A stretch of DNA of 64,000 nt. Origin: Mobula hypostoma. Lineage: Eukaryota. Shown here piece after piece: positions 1-15,080 of the stretch (its first letter is position 1; each line of letters opens with the position of its first letter). Position numbers and translations under genes: made by a program. The notes below the pieces were generated by a model. That model saw nothing but the letters and a program-made list of their open reading frames with translations, was not told the DNA's origin and made no database searches. The DNA is taken from NCBI RefSeq assembly GCF_963921235.1, contig NC_086108.1, positions 9,734,001-9,798,000 on the forward strand, in the 5' to 3' direction.

Positions 1-3000
1 TCGCAGAGGGCAAGGTGGACTATAGTCGTCACAGAGGGTGATTTGGAGTCTATAGTCATCACAGAGGGTAAGGTGGACTATAGTCATCGCAGAGGGTGAG
101 GTGGAGTATTGTCATCACAGAGGGTGATTTGGAGTCTATAGTCATCACAGAGGGTGAGGTGGACTATAGTCAGCGCGGAAGGTGAGGTGGAGGCTATAGT
201 CATCGCAGAGGATGAGATGGACTCTAGTCATCACAGAGGGTGAGGTGGACGATAGTCATCACAGAGGGTGAGGTGCAGTCTACAGTCATTGCAGAGGGTG
301 AAGTGGACTATCGTCTTTGCAGAGAGTGAGTTGGACTATAGACTTCACAGAGGGTGAGGTCGACTATAGTCATCGCAGAGGGTGAGGTGGAGTCTACAGT
401 CATCACAGAGAGTGAGGTGGAGTCTATAGTCATCGTAGAGGGTGAGGTGAACTATAGTTATCACAGAGGGTTAGGTGGAGTCTATAGTCATTGTAGAGGG
501 TGTGGTAGAGTCTATAGTCATCGTAGAGGGTGAGGTGAACTGTGATCATCACAGAGGTTGAGGTGGAGTCTATAGTCATCACGGAGGGTGAGGTGGAGCC
601 TATAGTCATCACAGAGGATGAGGTGGGCTATATTTATCGCAGAGGGTGAGGTGGACTATAGTCATCGCAGAGGGTGAGGTGGACTGTTGTCATCACTGAG
701 GGTGAGGTGGACTATAGTCATCACAGAGGGTGAGGTGTAGTCTATAGTCATTGCAGAGGGTGAGGTGGACTAGAGTGTTTGCAGTGGGTGAGATGGACAA
801 GAGTCATCGCAGAGGGTCAGGTGGACTATAGTCATCTCGGAGTGTGAGGTGGACGATAGTCATCACAGAGGGTGAGGTGGACTATCGTCATCACAGAGTG
901 TGAGGTGGATTATAGTCTTTGCAGAGGCCGAGGTGGCCTATAGTCATCACAGAGGGTGAGGTGGAGTCTATAGTCATCGCAGAGGGTGAGGTGGACTATA
1001 GGTATCGCAGAGGGTGAGGTGGAGTATTGTCATCACAGAGGGTGATTTGGAGTCTATAGTCATCACAGAGGGTGATGTGGACTATCGTCATCACAGAGGG
1101 TGAGGTGGACTATAGTCATCACAGAGGGTGATTTGGAGTCTATAGTCATCGCAGAGGGTGAGGTGGACTATAGGTATCGCAGAGGGCAAGGTGGACTATA
1201 GTCACCACAGAGGGTGATTTGGAGTCTATAGTCATCACGGACGGTGAGGTGCAGTCTATAGTCATCGCAGAGGGCAAGGTGGACTATAGTCACCACAGAG
1301 GGTGAGGTGGACTATAGTCACCACAGAGGGTGATTTGGAATCTATAGTCATCACAGAGGGTGAGGTGCAGTGTATAGTCATCGCAGAGGGCAAGGTGAAC
1401 TACAGTCATCACAGAGGGTGATTTGGAGTCTATAGTCATCACAGAGGGTGAGGGGCAGTCCATAGTCATCGCAGAGGGCAAGGTGGACTATAGTCATCAC
1501 AGAGGGTGATTTGGAGTCTATAGTCATCGCAGAGGGTGAGGTGCAGTCTATAGTCATCGCAGAGGGCAAGGTGAACTATAGTCATCACAGAGGGTGATTT
1601 GGAGCCTATAGTCATCACAGAGGGTGAGGGGCAGTCTATAGTCATCGCAGAGGGCAAGGTGGACTATAGTCATCACAGAGGGTGAGGTGGACTGTTGTCA
1701 TCACAGAGGGTGATCTGGAGTATAGTCATCACAGTGGGTGAGGTGGACTGTTGTCATCACAGAGGGTGATGTGGACTATAGTCATCACAGACGGTGAGGT
1801 GGAGTCTATGGTCATCACAGAAAAGGAGGTGGACTGTAGTATTTGCAGAGGCCGAGGTGGACTATAGTCATCGCAGAGGGTGAGGTGCAGTCTATAGTCA
1901 TTGCAGAGGGTGAGGTGGACTATTGTCTTTGCAGAGGATGAGGTGGACTATAGTCGTCACAGTGGGTGCTGTGGAGTCTGTAGTCATTGCAGAGGGTGTG
2001 GTGGACTAGAGTAATCACAGAGGGTGAGGTAGACTACAGGCATCGCAGAGGGTGAGGTGGAGTCTATAGTCATCGCTGAGGGTGAGGTGGAGTCTATATT
2101 TATCACAGAGTTTGAGGTGGACTATAGTGATCGCAGAGGGTTTGGTGAACTTTAGTCATCACAGGGGGTTAGGTGGAGTTTATTGTCATCGCAGAGGGTG
2201 AGGTGGACTATAGTCATCGCGGAATGTGAGATGGACAATAGTCATCGCACAGGGTGAGGTGGACTATAGCCATCACAGAGGGTGAGGTGGAGTCTATAGT
2301 CTCTGCAGAGGGTGAGGTGGTCTATAGTCATCACAGAGGGTGAGGTGGAGTCTATAGTCTCTGCAGAGGGTGAGGTGGTCTATAGTCATCACAGAGGGTG
2401 AGGTGGAGTCTATAGTCATCGCAGAGGGTGAGGTGGACTATGGTCATCACAGAGGGCGAGGTGGAGTCTAGAGTCATCATAGCGGAGGAGGTGGACTGTA
2501 GTCTTTGCAGAGGGTGAGGTGGACTTTAGGCATCACAGAGGGTGAGGTGGACTACAGTCATCACAGAGGGTGAGGTGGAGTCTATAGTCATTGCAGAGGG
2601 TGTGGTGGAGTCTATAGTCATCGCAGAGGGTGAGGTGAACTGTGATCATCACAGAGGTTGAGGTGGAGTCTATAGTCATCACAGAGGGTGAGGTGGAGCC
2701 TATAGTCATCACGGTGAGCTGGACTATAGTCTTTGCAGATGGTGATGTGGAGTCTATAGTCATCGCAGAGGGCAAGGTGGACTATAGTCACCACAGAGGG
2801 TGATTTGGAGTCTATAGTCATCACGGACGGTGAGGTGCAGTCTATAGTCATCGCAGAGGGCAAGGTGGACTATAGTCACCACAGAGGGTGAGGTGGACTA
2901 TAGTCACCACAGAGGGTGATTTGGAATCTATAGTCATCACAGAGGGTGAGGTGCAGTGTATAGTCATCGCAGAGGGCAAGGTGAACTACAGTCATCACAG

Positions 3001-6000
3001 AGGGTGATTTGGAGTCTATAGTCATCACAGAGGGTGAGGGGCAGTCCATAGTCATCGCAGAGGGCAAGGTGGACTATAGTCATCACAGAGGGTGATTTGG
3101 AGTCTATAGTCATCGCAGAGGGTGAGGTGCAGTCTATAGTCATCGCAGAGGGCAAGGTGAACTATAGTCATCACAGAGGGTGATTTGGAGCCTATAGTCA
3201 TCACAGAGGGTGAGGGGCAGTCTATAGTCATCGCAGAGGGCAAGGTGGACTATAGTCGTCACAGAGGGTGATTTGGAGTCTATAGTCATCACAGAGGGTA
3301 AGGTGGACTATAGTCATCGCAGAGGGTGAGGTGGAGTATTGTCATCACAGAGGGTGATTTGGAGTCTATAGTCATCACAGAGGGTGAGGTGGACTATAGT
3401 CAGCGCGGAAGGTGAGGTGGAGGCTATAGTCATCGCAGAGGATGAGATGGACTCTAGTCATCACAGAGGGTGAGGTGGACGATAGTCATCACAGAGGGTG
3501 AGGTGCAGTCTACAGTCATTGCAGAGGGTGAAGTGGACTATCGTCTTTGCAGAGAGTGAGTTGGACTATAGACTTCACAGAGGGTGAGGTCGACTATAGT
3601 CATCGCAGAGGGTGAGGTGGAGTCTACAGTCATCACAGAGAGTGAGGTGGAGTCTATAGTCATCGTAGAGGGTGAGGTGAACTATAGTTATCACAGAGGG
3701 TTAGGTGGAGTCTATAGTCATTGTAGAGGGTGTGGTAGAGTCTATAGTCATCGTAGAGGGTGAGGTGAACTGTGATCATCACAGAGGTTGAGGTGGAGTC
3801 TATAGTCATCACGGAGGGTGAGGTGGAGCCTATAGTCATCACAGAGGATGAGGTGGGCTATATTTATCGCAGAGGGTGAGGTGGACTATAGTCATCGCAG
3901 AGGGTGAGGTGGACTGTTGTCATCACTGAGGGTGAGGTGGACTATAGTCATCACAGAGGGTGAGGTGTAGTCTATAGTCATTGCAGAGGGTGAGGTGGAC
4001 TAGAGTGTTTGCAGTGGGTGAGATGGACAAGAGTCATCGCAGAGGGTCAGGTGGACTATAGTCATCTCGGAGTGTGAGGTGGACGATAGTCATCACAGAG
4101 GGTGAGGTGGACTATCGTCATCACAGAGTGTGAGGTGGACTATAGTCTTTGCAGAGGCCGAGGTGGCCTATAGTCATCACAGAGGGTGAGGTGGAGTCTA
4201 TAGTCATCGCAGAGGGTGAGGTGGACTATAGGTATCGCAGAGGGTGAGGTGGAGTATTGTCATCACAGAGGGTGATTTAGAGTCTATAGTCATCACAGAG
4301 GGTGATGTGGACTATCGTCATCACAGAGGGTGAGGTGGACTATAGTCATCACAGAGGGTGATTTGGAGTCTATAGTCATCGCAGAGGGTGAGGTGGACTA
4401 TAGGTATCGCAGAGGGCAAGGTGGACTATAGTCACCACAGAGGGTGATTTGGAGTCTATAGTCATCACGGACGGTGAGGTGCAGTCTATAGTCATCGCAG
4501 AGGGCAAGGTGGACTATAGTCACCACAGAGGGTGAGGTGGACTATAGTCACCACAGAGGGTGATTTGGAATCTATAGTCATCACAGAGGGTGAGGTGCAG
4601 TGTATAGTCATCGCAGAGGGCAAGGTGAACTACAGTCATCACAGAGGGTGATTTGGAGTCTATAGTCATCACAGAGGGTGAGGGGCAGTCCATAGTCATC
4701 GCAGAGGGCAAGGTGGACTATAGTCATCACAGAGGGTGATTTGGAGTCTATAGTCATCGCAGAGGGTGAGGTGCAGTCTATAGTCATCGCAGAGGGCAAG
4801 GTGAACTATAGTCATCACAGAGGGTGATTTGGAGCCTATAGTCATCACAGAGGGTGAGGGGCAGTCTATAGTCATCGCAGAGGGCAAGGTGGACTATAGT
4901 CGTCACAGAGGGTGATTTGGAGTCTATAGTCATCACAGAGGGTGAGGTGGACTATAGTCAGCGCAGAAGGTGAGGTGGAGGCTATAGTCATCGCAGAGGA
5001 TGAGATGGACTCTCGTCATCACAGAGGGTGAGGTGGACGATAGTCATCACAGAGGGTGAGGTGCAGTCTACAGTCATTGCAGAGGGTGAAGTGGACTATC
5101 GTCTTTGCAGAGAGTGAGTTGGACTATAGACTTCACAGAGGGTGAGGTCGACTATAGTCATCGCAGAGGGTGAGGTGGAGTCTACAGTCATCACAGAGAG
5201 TGAGGTGGAGTCTATAGTCATCGTAGAGGGTGAGGTGAACTATAGTTATCACAGAGGATAAGGTGGAGTCTATAGTCATTGTAGAGGGTGTGGTAGAGTC
5301 TATAGTCATCGTAGAGGGTGAGGTGAACTGTGATCATCACAGAGGTTGAGGTGGAGTCTATAGTCATCACGGAGGGTGAGGTGGAGCCTATAGTCATCAC
5401 AGAGGATGAGGTGGACTATAGTCATCACAGAGGGTGAGGTGTAGTCTATAGTCATTGCAGAGGGTGAGGTGGACTAGAGTGTTTGCAGTGGGTGAGATGG
5501 ACAAGAGTCATCGCAGAGGGTCAGGTGGACTATAGTCATCTCGGAGTGTGAGGTGGACGATAGTCATCACAGAGGGTGAGGTGGACTATCGTCATCACAG
5601 AGTGTGAGGTGGACTATAGTCTTTGCAGAGGCCGAGGTGGCCTATAGTCATCACAGAGGGTGAGGTGGAGTCTATAGTCATCGCAGAGGGTGAGGTGGAC
5701 TATAGGTATCGCAGAGGGTGAGGTGGAGTATTGTCATCACAGAGGGTGATTTGGAGTCTATAGTCATCACAGAGGGTGATGTGGACTATCGTCATCACAG
5801 AGGGTGAGGTGGACTATAGTCATCACAGAGGGTGATTTGGAGTCTATAGTCATCGCAGAGGGTGAGGTGGACTATAGGTATCGCAGAGGGCAAGGTGGAC
5901 TATAGTCACCACAGAGGGTGATTTGGAGTCTATAGTCATCACGGACGGTGAGGTGCAGTCTATAGTCATCGCAGAGGGCAAGGTGGACTATAGTCACCAC

Positions 6001-9000
6001 AGAGGGTGAGGTGGACTATAGTCACCACAGAGGGTGATTTGGAATCTATAGTCATCACAGAGGGTGAGGTGCAGTGTATAGTCATCGCAGAGGGCAAGGT
6101 GAACTACAGTCATCACAGAGGGTGATTTGGAGTCTATAGTCATCACAGAGGGTGAGGGGCAGTCCATAGTCATCGCAGAGGGCAAGGTGGACTATAGTCA
6201 TCACAGAGGGTGATTTGGAGTCTATAGTCATCGCAGAGGGTGAGGTGCAGTCTATAGTCATCGCAGAGGGCAAGGTGAACTATAGTCATCACAGAGGGTG
6301 ATTTGGAGCCTATAGTCATCACAGAGGGTGAGGGGCAGTCTATAGTCACCGCAGAGGGCAAGGTGGACTATAGTCGTCACAGAGGGTGATTTGGAGTCTA
6401 TAGTCATCACAGAGGGTGAGGTGGACTATAGTCAGCGCGGAAGGTGAGGTGGAGGCTATAGTCATCGCAGAGGATGAGATGGACTCTAGTCATCACAGAG
6501 GGTGAGGTGGACGATAGTCATCACAGAGGGTGAGGTGCAGTCTACAGTCATTGCAGAGGGTGAAGTGGACTATCGTCTTTGCAGAGAGTGAGTTGGACTA
6601 TAGACTTCACAGAGGGTGAGGTCGACTATAGTCATCGCAGAGGGTGAGGTGGAGCCTACAGTCATCAGAGAGAGTGAGGTGGAGTCTATAGTCATCGTAG
6701 AGGGTGAGGTGAACTATAGTTATCACAGAGGGTTAGGTGGAGTCTATAGTCATTGTAGAGGGTGTGGTAGAGTCTATAGTCATCGTAGAGGGTGAGGTGA
6801 ACTGTGATCATCACAGAGGTTGAGGTGGAGTCTATAGTCATCACGGAGGGTGAGGTGGAGCCTATAGTCATCACAGAGGATGAGGTGGACTATAGTCATC
6901 GCAGAGGGTGAGGTGGACTGTTGTCATCACTGAGGGTGAGGTGGACTATAGTCATCACAGAGGGTGAGGTGTAGTCTATAGTCATTGCAGAGGGTGAGGT
7001 GGACTAGAGTGTTTGCAGTGGGTGAGATGGACAAGAGTCATCGCAGAGGGTCAGGTGGACTATAGTCATCTCGGAGTGTGAGGTGGACGATAGTCATCAC
7101 AGAGGGTGAGGTGGACTATCGTCATCACAGAGTGTGAGGTGGACTATAGTCTTTGCAGAGGCCGAGGTGGCCTATAGTCATCACAGAGGGTGAGGTGGAG
7201 TCTATAGTCATCGCAGAGGGTGAGGTGGACTATAGGTATCGCAGAGGGTGAGGTGGACTATAGTCATCACAGAGGGTGATTTGGAGTCTATAGTCATCGC
7301 AGAGGGTGAGGTGGACTATAGGTATCGCAGAGGGTGAGGTGGAGTATTGTCATCACAGAGGGTGATTTGGAGTCTATAGTCATCACAGAGGGTGAGGTGA
7401 ACTATAGTCAGCGCAGAAGGTGAGGTGGAGGCTATAGTCATCGCAGAGGATGAGATGGACTATCGTCATCAGAGAGGGTGAGGTGGACTATAGTTATCAC
7501 AGAGGGTGAGGCAGAGTCTTTAGTCATCACAGAGGGTGAGGTGGACGATAGTCATCACAGAGGGTGAGGTGCAGTCTACAGTCATTGCAGAGGGTGAAGT
7601 GGACTATCGTCTTTGCAGAGAGTGAGTTGGACTATAGACTTCACAGAGGGTGAGGTCGACTATAGTCATCGCAGAGGGTGAGGTGGAGTCTACAGTCATC
7701 ACAGAGAGTGAGGTGGAGTCTATAGTCATCGTAGAGGGTGAGGTGAACTATAGTTATCACAGAGGGTTAGGTGGAGTCTATAGTCATTGTAGAGGGTGTG
7801 GTAGAGTCGATAGTCATCGTAGAGGGTGAGGTGAACTGTGATCATCACAGTGGTTGAGGTGGAGTCTATAGTCATCACGGAGGGTGAGGTGGAGCCTATA
7901 GTCATCGCAGAGGGTGAGCTGGACTACAGTCTTTGCAGATGGTGATGTGGAGTCCATAGTCATCGCAGAGGGCGAGGTGGACTATAGTCATCACAGAGGG
8001 TGATTTGGAGTCTATAGTCATCACAGAGGATGAGGTGGGCTATATTTATCGCAGAGGGTGAGGTGGACTATAGTCATCGCAGAGGGTGAGGTGGACTGTT
8101 GTCATCACTGAGGGTGAGGTGGACTATAGTCATCACAGAGGGTGAGGTGTAGTCTATAGTCATTGCAGAGGGTGAGGTGGACTAGAGTGTTTGCAGTGGG
8201 TGAGATGGACAAGAGTCATCGCAGAGGGTGAGGTGGACTATAGTCATCTCGGAGTGTGAGGTGGACGATAGTCATCACAGAGGGTGAGGTGGACTATCGT
8301 CATCACAGAGTGTGAGGTGGACTATAGTCTTTGCAGAGGCCGAGGTGGCCTATAGTCATCACAGAGGGTGAGGTGGACTATAGTCTTTGCAGAGGGTGAG
8401 GTGCAGTCTATAGTCTTTGCAGCGGGTGAGGTGGACCATAGTCATCACAGAGGGTGGGGTGGCATCTATAGTCATCGCAGAGGGTGAGGTGGACTATAGG
8501 TATCGCAGAGGGTGAGGTGGAGTACTGTCATCACAAAGGGTGAGGTGGAGTCTATAGTCATCGCAGAGGGTGAAGTGGACTATAGTCATCGCGGAGTGTG
8601 AGATGGACAATAGTCATCGCACAGGGCGAGATGGACTATATTCATCGCAGAGAGTGAAGTGGACTATAGCCATCACAGAGGGTGAGGTGGAGTCTATAGA
8701 CATCACAGAGGGTGAAGTGGACTATAGTCAACACAGAGGGTGAGGTGGACTATAGTCATCACAGAGAGTGAGGTGGACTGTTGTCATCACAGAGGGTGAG
8801 ATGGACTATAGTCATCACAGAGAGTGAGGTGCAGTCTATAGTCATTGCAGAGGGTGAGGTGGAGTCTATATTCATCACAGAGTTTGAGGTGGACTATAGT
8901 GATCGCAGAGGGTTTGGTGAACTTTAGTCATCACAGTGGATGAGGTGGAGTTTATCGTCATCGCAGAGGGTGAGGTGAACTATGGTCATCACAGAGGGTG

Positions 9001-12000
9001 AGCTAGTGTCTATAGTCATCGCAGACTGAGGTGGACTATAGTCTTTGCAGAGGGTGAGGTGGACTATAGTCATCGCGGAGTGTGAGATGGACAATAGTCA
9101 TCGCACAGGGTGAGGTGGACTATAGCCATCACAGAGGGTGAGGTGGAGTCTATAGTCTCTGCAGAGGGTGAGGTGGTCTATAGTCATCACAGAGGGTGAG
9201 CTGGAGTCTATAGTCATCGCAGAGGGTGAGGTGGACTACAGTCATCACAGAGGGTGAGGTGGAGTCTATAGTCATTGCAGAGGGTGTGGTGGAGTCTATA
9301 GTCATCACGGTGAGCTGGACTATAGTCTTTGCAGATGGTGATGTGGAGTCTATAGTCATCACAGAGGGCAAGGTGGACTATAGTCATCACAGAGGGTGAT
9401 TTGGAGTCTATAGTCATCACAGCAGATGAGGTGGGCTATAGTCATCGCAGAGGGTGAAGTGGACTATAGACATCACAGAGGCTGGGGTGGCATCTATAGT
9501 CATCGCAGAGGGTGAGGTAGAATATAGTCATCACAGCGGGTGAGGTGGACTATAGGCATCGCAGAGAGTGAGGTGGGCGATAGTGATCACAATGGGTGAG
9601 GTGGACTGTAGTCATCACAGAGGGTGAGGTGGAGTCTACAGTCACCATAGAGGAGGAGGTGGACTGTAGTCTTTGCAGAGGCCAAGGTTGACTATAGTCA
9701 TCACAGAGGGTGAGGTGCAGTCTATAGTTATTGCAGAGGGTGAGCTGGACTATCGTCTTTGCAGAGAGTGAGGTGGACTATAGACATCACAGAGGGTGAG
9801 GTCGAATATAGTCATCACAGAGGGTGAGGTGGACTATAGTCATCACAGAGGGTGAAGTGGAGTCTCTGGTCATCGCAGAGGGTGAGGTGGACTATAGGCA
9901 TCACAGAGGGTGAGGTGGAGTCTATAATCATTGCAGAGCGTGTGGTGGAGTCTATAGTCATCATAGAGGGTGAGGTGAACTGTGATCATCACAGAGGTTG
10001 AGGTGGAGTGTCTCGACATCACGGACGGTGAGGTGGAGCCTATAGTCATCACAGAGGGTGAGGTGGACGATAGTCATTGCAGAGGGTGTGGTGGAGTCTA
10101 TAGTCATCGTAGAGGGTGAGGTGGAGTCTATAGTCATCGCAGAGGGCGAGGTGCACTGTAGTCATCACAGAGGGTGAGGTGGTCTATAGTCATCACAGAG
10201 GGTAGGGTGGACTATAGTCTTTGCAGAGGGTGAGGTGGAGTATAGTCATCACTGAGGGTGAGCTGGAGTCTATAGTCATGGCAGAAGGTGAGGTGGAGTC
10301 CATAGTCTCTGCAGAGGGTGAGATGGACTATAGTCATTGCAGAGGGTGAGGTGAACTATGGTCATCACAGAGGGTGAGGTGGACTATAGGCATCACAGAG
10401 GGTGAGGTGGAGTCTATAATCATTGCAGAGCGTGTGGTGGAGTCTGTAGTCATCGTAGAGGGTGAGGTGAACTGTGATCATCACAGAGGTTGAGGTGGAG
10501 TGTCTCGATATCACGGACGGTGAGGTGGAGTCTATAGTCATTGCAGAGGGTGTGGTGGAGTCTATAGCCATCGTAGAGGGTGAGGTGAACTGTGATCATT
10601 ACAGAGGTTGAGGTGGAGTCTATAGTCACCACAGAGGGTGAGGTGGAGCCTATAGTCATCACAGAGGATGAGGTGGGTTATAGTCATCACAGAGGGTGAT
10701 GTGGACTATAGTCATCGCAGAGGATGAGGTGGAATATAGTCATCACAAGGGGTGAGGTGGAGCCTATAGTCATCACAGAGGGTTAGCTGGACTACAGTCT
10801 TTGCAGATTGTGATGTGGAGTCTATAGTCATCGCAGAGGGCGAGGTGGACTGTAGTCATCACAGAGGGTGAGGTGGAGTTGATAGTTATTGCAGAGGGTG
10901 TGGTGGAGTCTATAGTCACCGTAGAGCGTAAGGTGAACTGTGATCATCACAGAAGTTGAGGTGGAGTCTATAGTCATCACGGAGCGTGAGGTGGAGCCTA
11001 TAGTCTTTGCAGAGGGTGACGTGGACTATAGTCACCACAGAGGGTGATGTGCAGTCTATAGTTATCTTAGAGGGTGAGGTGGACTATACTCTTTGCAGAG
11101 GGTTAGGTGGACTATAGTCATCACCGAGGGTGAGGTGGAGTCTGTAGTCTTTACTCAGGGTGAGGTGGACTATAGGCATCGCAGAAGTTGACATTGACTT
11201 TAGCCATCACAGAGAGTTTAGTGGACTATTGTCATCAAAGAGGGTGAGGTGGACTATAGTCATCACAGAGGACAAGGTGGTGTCTATAGTCATCACAGAG
11301 GGTGAATTGGTGTATAGTCATCACAGTGGGCGAAGTGAGGTCTGTAGTCATCGCAGAGGGTCAGGTGGACTAGAGTGTTTGCAGAGGGTGAGGTGGACTA
11401 TAGTCATCGCCGAGGGTGAGGTGGAGTCTATCGTCATCACAGACGGTGAGGTGGACTATAATCATCACAGAGGGTGAGGTCGACTAGCGTCATCACGGAG
11501 GGTGAGGTGGAGCCTATAGTCATCGCAGAGGGTGAGCTGGACTACAGTCTTTGCAGATGTAGTTGTGGTGTCTATAGTCATCGCAGAGGGCGAGGTGGAG
11601 TCTATAGTCATCGCAGAGGGTGAGGTGGACTATAGTCATCACAGAGGGTGAGGTGGACTATAGTCATCACAGAGTTTGAGGTGGACTATAGGCATCGCAG
11701 AGAGTGAGGTGGGCGATAGTGATCACAGAGGGTGAGGTGGACTATAGCGATTGCAGAAGTTGAGGTTGACTTTAGCCATCACAGAGGGTTTAGTGGACTA
11801 TTGTCATCAAAGAGGGAAGGTGGACTATATCTTTGCAGAGGCTGCCGTCGACAGTAGTCATCACAGAGGGTGAATCGGTCTATAGTTATCGCAGAGGGTG
11901 AGGTGGACTATCGTCATCACAGAGGTGAGGCGGACTATAGTCATCGTAGAGGGTGAGGTGGAGTATATAGTCATTGCAGAGGTTGAGGTGGACTATCGTC

Positions 12001-14543
12001 TTTGCAGAGGGTGAGGTAGACTATAGTCATCACAGAGGGTGAGGTCGACTATAGTCATCACAGAGGGTGAGGTGGAGTCTATAGTCATCACAGAGGGTGA
12101 GGTGAACTATGGTCATCACAGAGGGTGAGGTGGACTATAGGCATCACAGAGGGTGAGGTGGAGTCTATAATCATTGCAGAGCGTGTGGTGGAGTCTGTAG
12201 TCATCGTAGAGGGTGAGGTGAACTGTGATCATCACAGAGGTTGAGGTGGAGTGTCTCGATATCACGGACGGTGAGGTGGAGTCTATAGTCATTGCAGAGG
12301 GTGTGGTGGAGTCTATAGCCATCGTAGAGGGTGAGGTGAACTGTGATCATTACAGAGGTTGAGGTGGAGTCTATAGTCACCACAGAGGGTGAGGTGGAGC
12401 CTATAGTCATCACAGAGGATGAGGTGGGTTATAGTCATCACAGAGGGTGATGTGGACTATAGTCATCGCAGAGGATGAGGTGGAATATAGTCATCACAAG
12501 GGGTGAGGTGGAGCCTATAGTCATCACAGAGGGTTAGCTGGACTACAGTCTTTGCAGATTGTGATGTGGAGTCTATAGTCATCGCAGAGGGCGAGGTGGA
12601 CTGTAGTCATCACAGAGGGTGAGGTGGAGTTGATAGTTATTGCAGAGGGTGTGGTGGAGTCTATAGTCACCGTAGAGCGTAAGGTGAACTGTGATCATCA
12701 CAGAAGTTGAGGTGGAGTCTATAGTCATCACGGAGCGTGAGGTGGAGCCTATAGTCTTTGCAGAGGGTGACGTGGACTATAGTCACCACAGAGGGTGATG
12801 TGCAGTCTATAGTTATCTTAGAGGGTGAGGTGGACTATACTCTTTGCAGAGGGTTAGGTGGACTATAGTCATCACCGAGGGTGAGGTGGAGTCTGTAGTC
12901 TTTACTCAGGGTGAGGTGGACTATAGGCATCGCAGAAGTTGACATTGACTTTAGCCATCACAGAGAGTTTAGTGGACTATTGTCATCAAAGAGGGTGAGG
13001 TGGACTATAGTCATCACAGAGGACAAGGTGGTGTCTATAGTCATCACAGAGGGTGAATTGGTGTATAGTCATCACAGTGGGCGAAGTGAGGTCTGTAGTC
13101 ATCGCAGAGGGTCAGGTGGACTAGAGTGTTTGCAGAGGGTGAGGTGGACTATAGTCATCGCCGAGGGTGAGGTGGAGTCTGTAGTCTTTACTCAGGGTGA
13201 GGTGAACTATAGGCATCGCAGAAGTTGACATTGACTTTAGCCATCACAGAGAGTTTAGTGGACTATTGTCATCAAAGAGGGTGAGGTGGACTATAGTCAT
13301 CACAGAGGACAAGGTGGTGTCTATAGTCATCACAGAGGGTGAATTGGTGTATAGTCATCACAGTGGGCGAAGTGAGGTCTGTAGTCATCGCAGAGGGTCA
13401 GGTGGACTAGAGTGTTTGCAGAGGGTGAGGTGGACTATAGTCATCGCCGAGGGTGAGGTGGAGTCTATCGTCATCACAGACGGTGAGGTGGACTATAATC
13501 ATCACAGAGGGTGAGGTCGACTAGCGTCATCACGGAGGGTGAGGTGGAGCCTATAGTCATCGCAGAGGGTGAGCTGGACTACAGTCTTTGCAGATGTAGT
13601 TGTGGTGTCTATAGTCATCGCAGAGGGCGAGGTGGAGTCTATAGTCATCGCAGAGGGTGAGGTGGACTATAGTCATCACAGAGGGTGAGGTGGACTATAG
13701 TCATCACAGAGTTTGAGGTGGACTATAGGCATCGCAGAGAGTGAGGTGGGCGATAGTGATCACAGAGGGTGAGGTGGACTATAGCGATTGCAGAAGTTGA
13801 GGTTGACTTTAGCCATCACAGAGGGTTTAGTGGACTATTGTCATCAAAGAGGGAAGGTGGACTATATCTTTGCAGAGGCTGCCGTCGACAGTAGTCATCA
13901 CAGAGGGTGAATCGGTCTATAGTCATCGCAGAGGGTGAGGTGGACTATCGTCATCACAGAGGTGAGGCGGACTATAGTCATCGTAGAGGGTGAGGTGGAG
14001 TATATAGTCATTGCAGAGGTTGAGGTGGACTATCGTCTTTGCAGAGGGTGAGGTAGACTATAGTCATCACAGAGGGTGAGGTCGACTATAGTCATCACAG
14101 AGGGTGAGGTGGAGTCTATAGTCATCACAGAGGGTGAGGTGGACTATAGTCATCACAGTGGGTGATGTGGAGTCTGTAGTCATCATAGAGGGTGATGTGG
14201 ACTAATTCCTGAGGGTGAGGTGGACTATAGTCATTGCAGACGGTGAGGTGGACTTTAGTCTTTGCAGAGGGTGAGGTGGACTATAGTCGTCACCGAGGGT
14301 AAGGTGGACTATAGTCATCGCAGAGGGCAAGGTGGAGTGTATAGTCATTGCAGAGGTTGAGGTGGAGTCTATAGTCTTTGCAGAGGGTGAAGTGGACTAT
14401 AGACATCACAGAGGGTGAGGTGGAGTCTATAGTCATCACAGAGGATGAGGTGGACTGTTGTCATCACAGAGGGTGAGGGGGACTATAGTCATCACAGAGA
14501 GTGAGGTGCAGTCTATAGTCATTGCAGAGGGTGAGGTGGACAA

Positions 14544-15080
14544 TAGAAACAAAGAAACATAGAAACATAGAAAATAGGTGCAGGAGTAGGCCATTCGGCC
14601 CTTCGAGCCTGCACCGCCATTTATTATGATCATGGCTGATCATCCAACTCAGAACCCCGCCCCAGCCTTCCCTCCATACCCCCTGACCCCCGTAGCCACA
14701 AGGGCCATATCTAACTCCCTCTTAAATATAGCCAATGAACTGGCCTCAACTGTTTCCTGTGGCAGAGAATTCCACACATTCACCACTCTCTGTGTGAAGA
14801 AGTTTTTCCTAATCTCGGTCCTAAAAGGCTTCCCCTCTATCCTCAAACTGTGACCCCTCGTTCTGGACTTCCCCAACATCGGGAACAATCTTCCTGCATC
14901 TAGCCTGTCCAATCCCTTTAGGATCTTATATGTTTCAATCAGATCCCCCCTCAATCTTCTAAATTCCAACGAGTATAAGCCCAGTTCATCCAGTCTTTCT
15001 TCATATGAAAGTCCTGCCATCCCAGGAATCAATCTGCTGAACCTTCTTTGTACTCCCTCTATGGCAAAGATGTCTTTCCT
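14544..15080 (-). mobile_element. 5'-truncated CR1-clade LINE (ORF2 C-terminus, 3' UTR and microsatellite tail) inserted in array A
   Basis: Minus-strand ORF 14649-15119 reads EGVQRRFSRLIPGMAGLSYEERL...RRLRGDLIETYKIL...RTRGHSLRI...FFTQRVVNVWNSLP, the CR1 ORF2 C-terminus. The tail appears on + as (CATAGAAA)n-like repeats at ~14543-14573. Satellite monomers resume at 15080. Confidence 0.95.
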
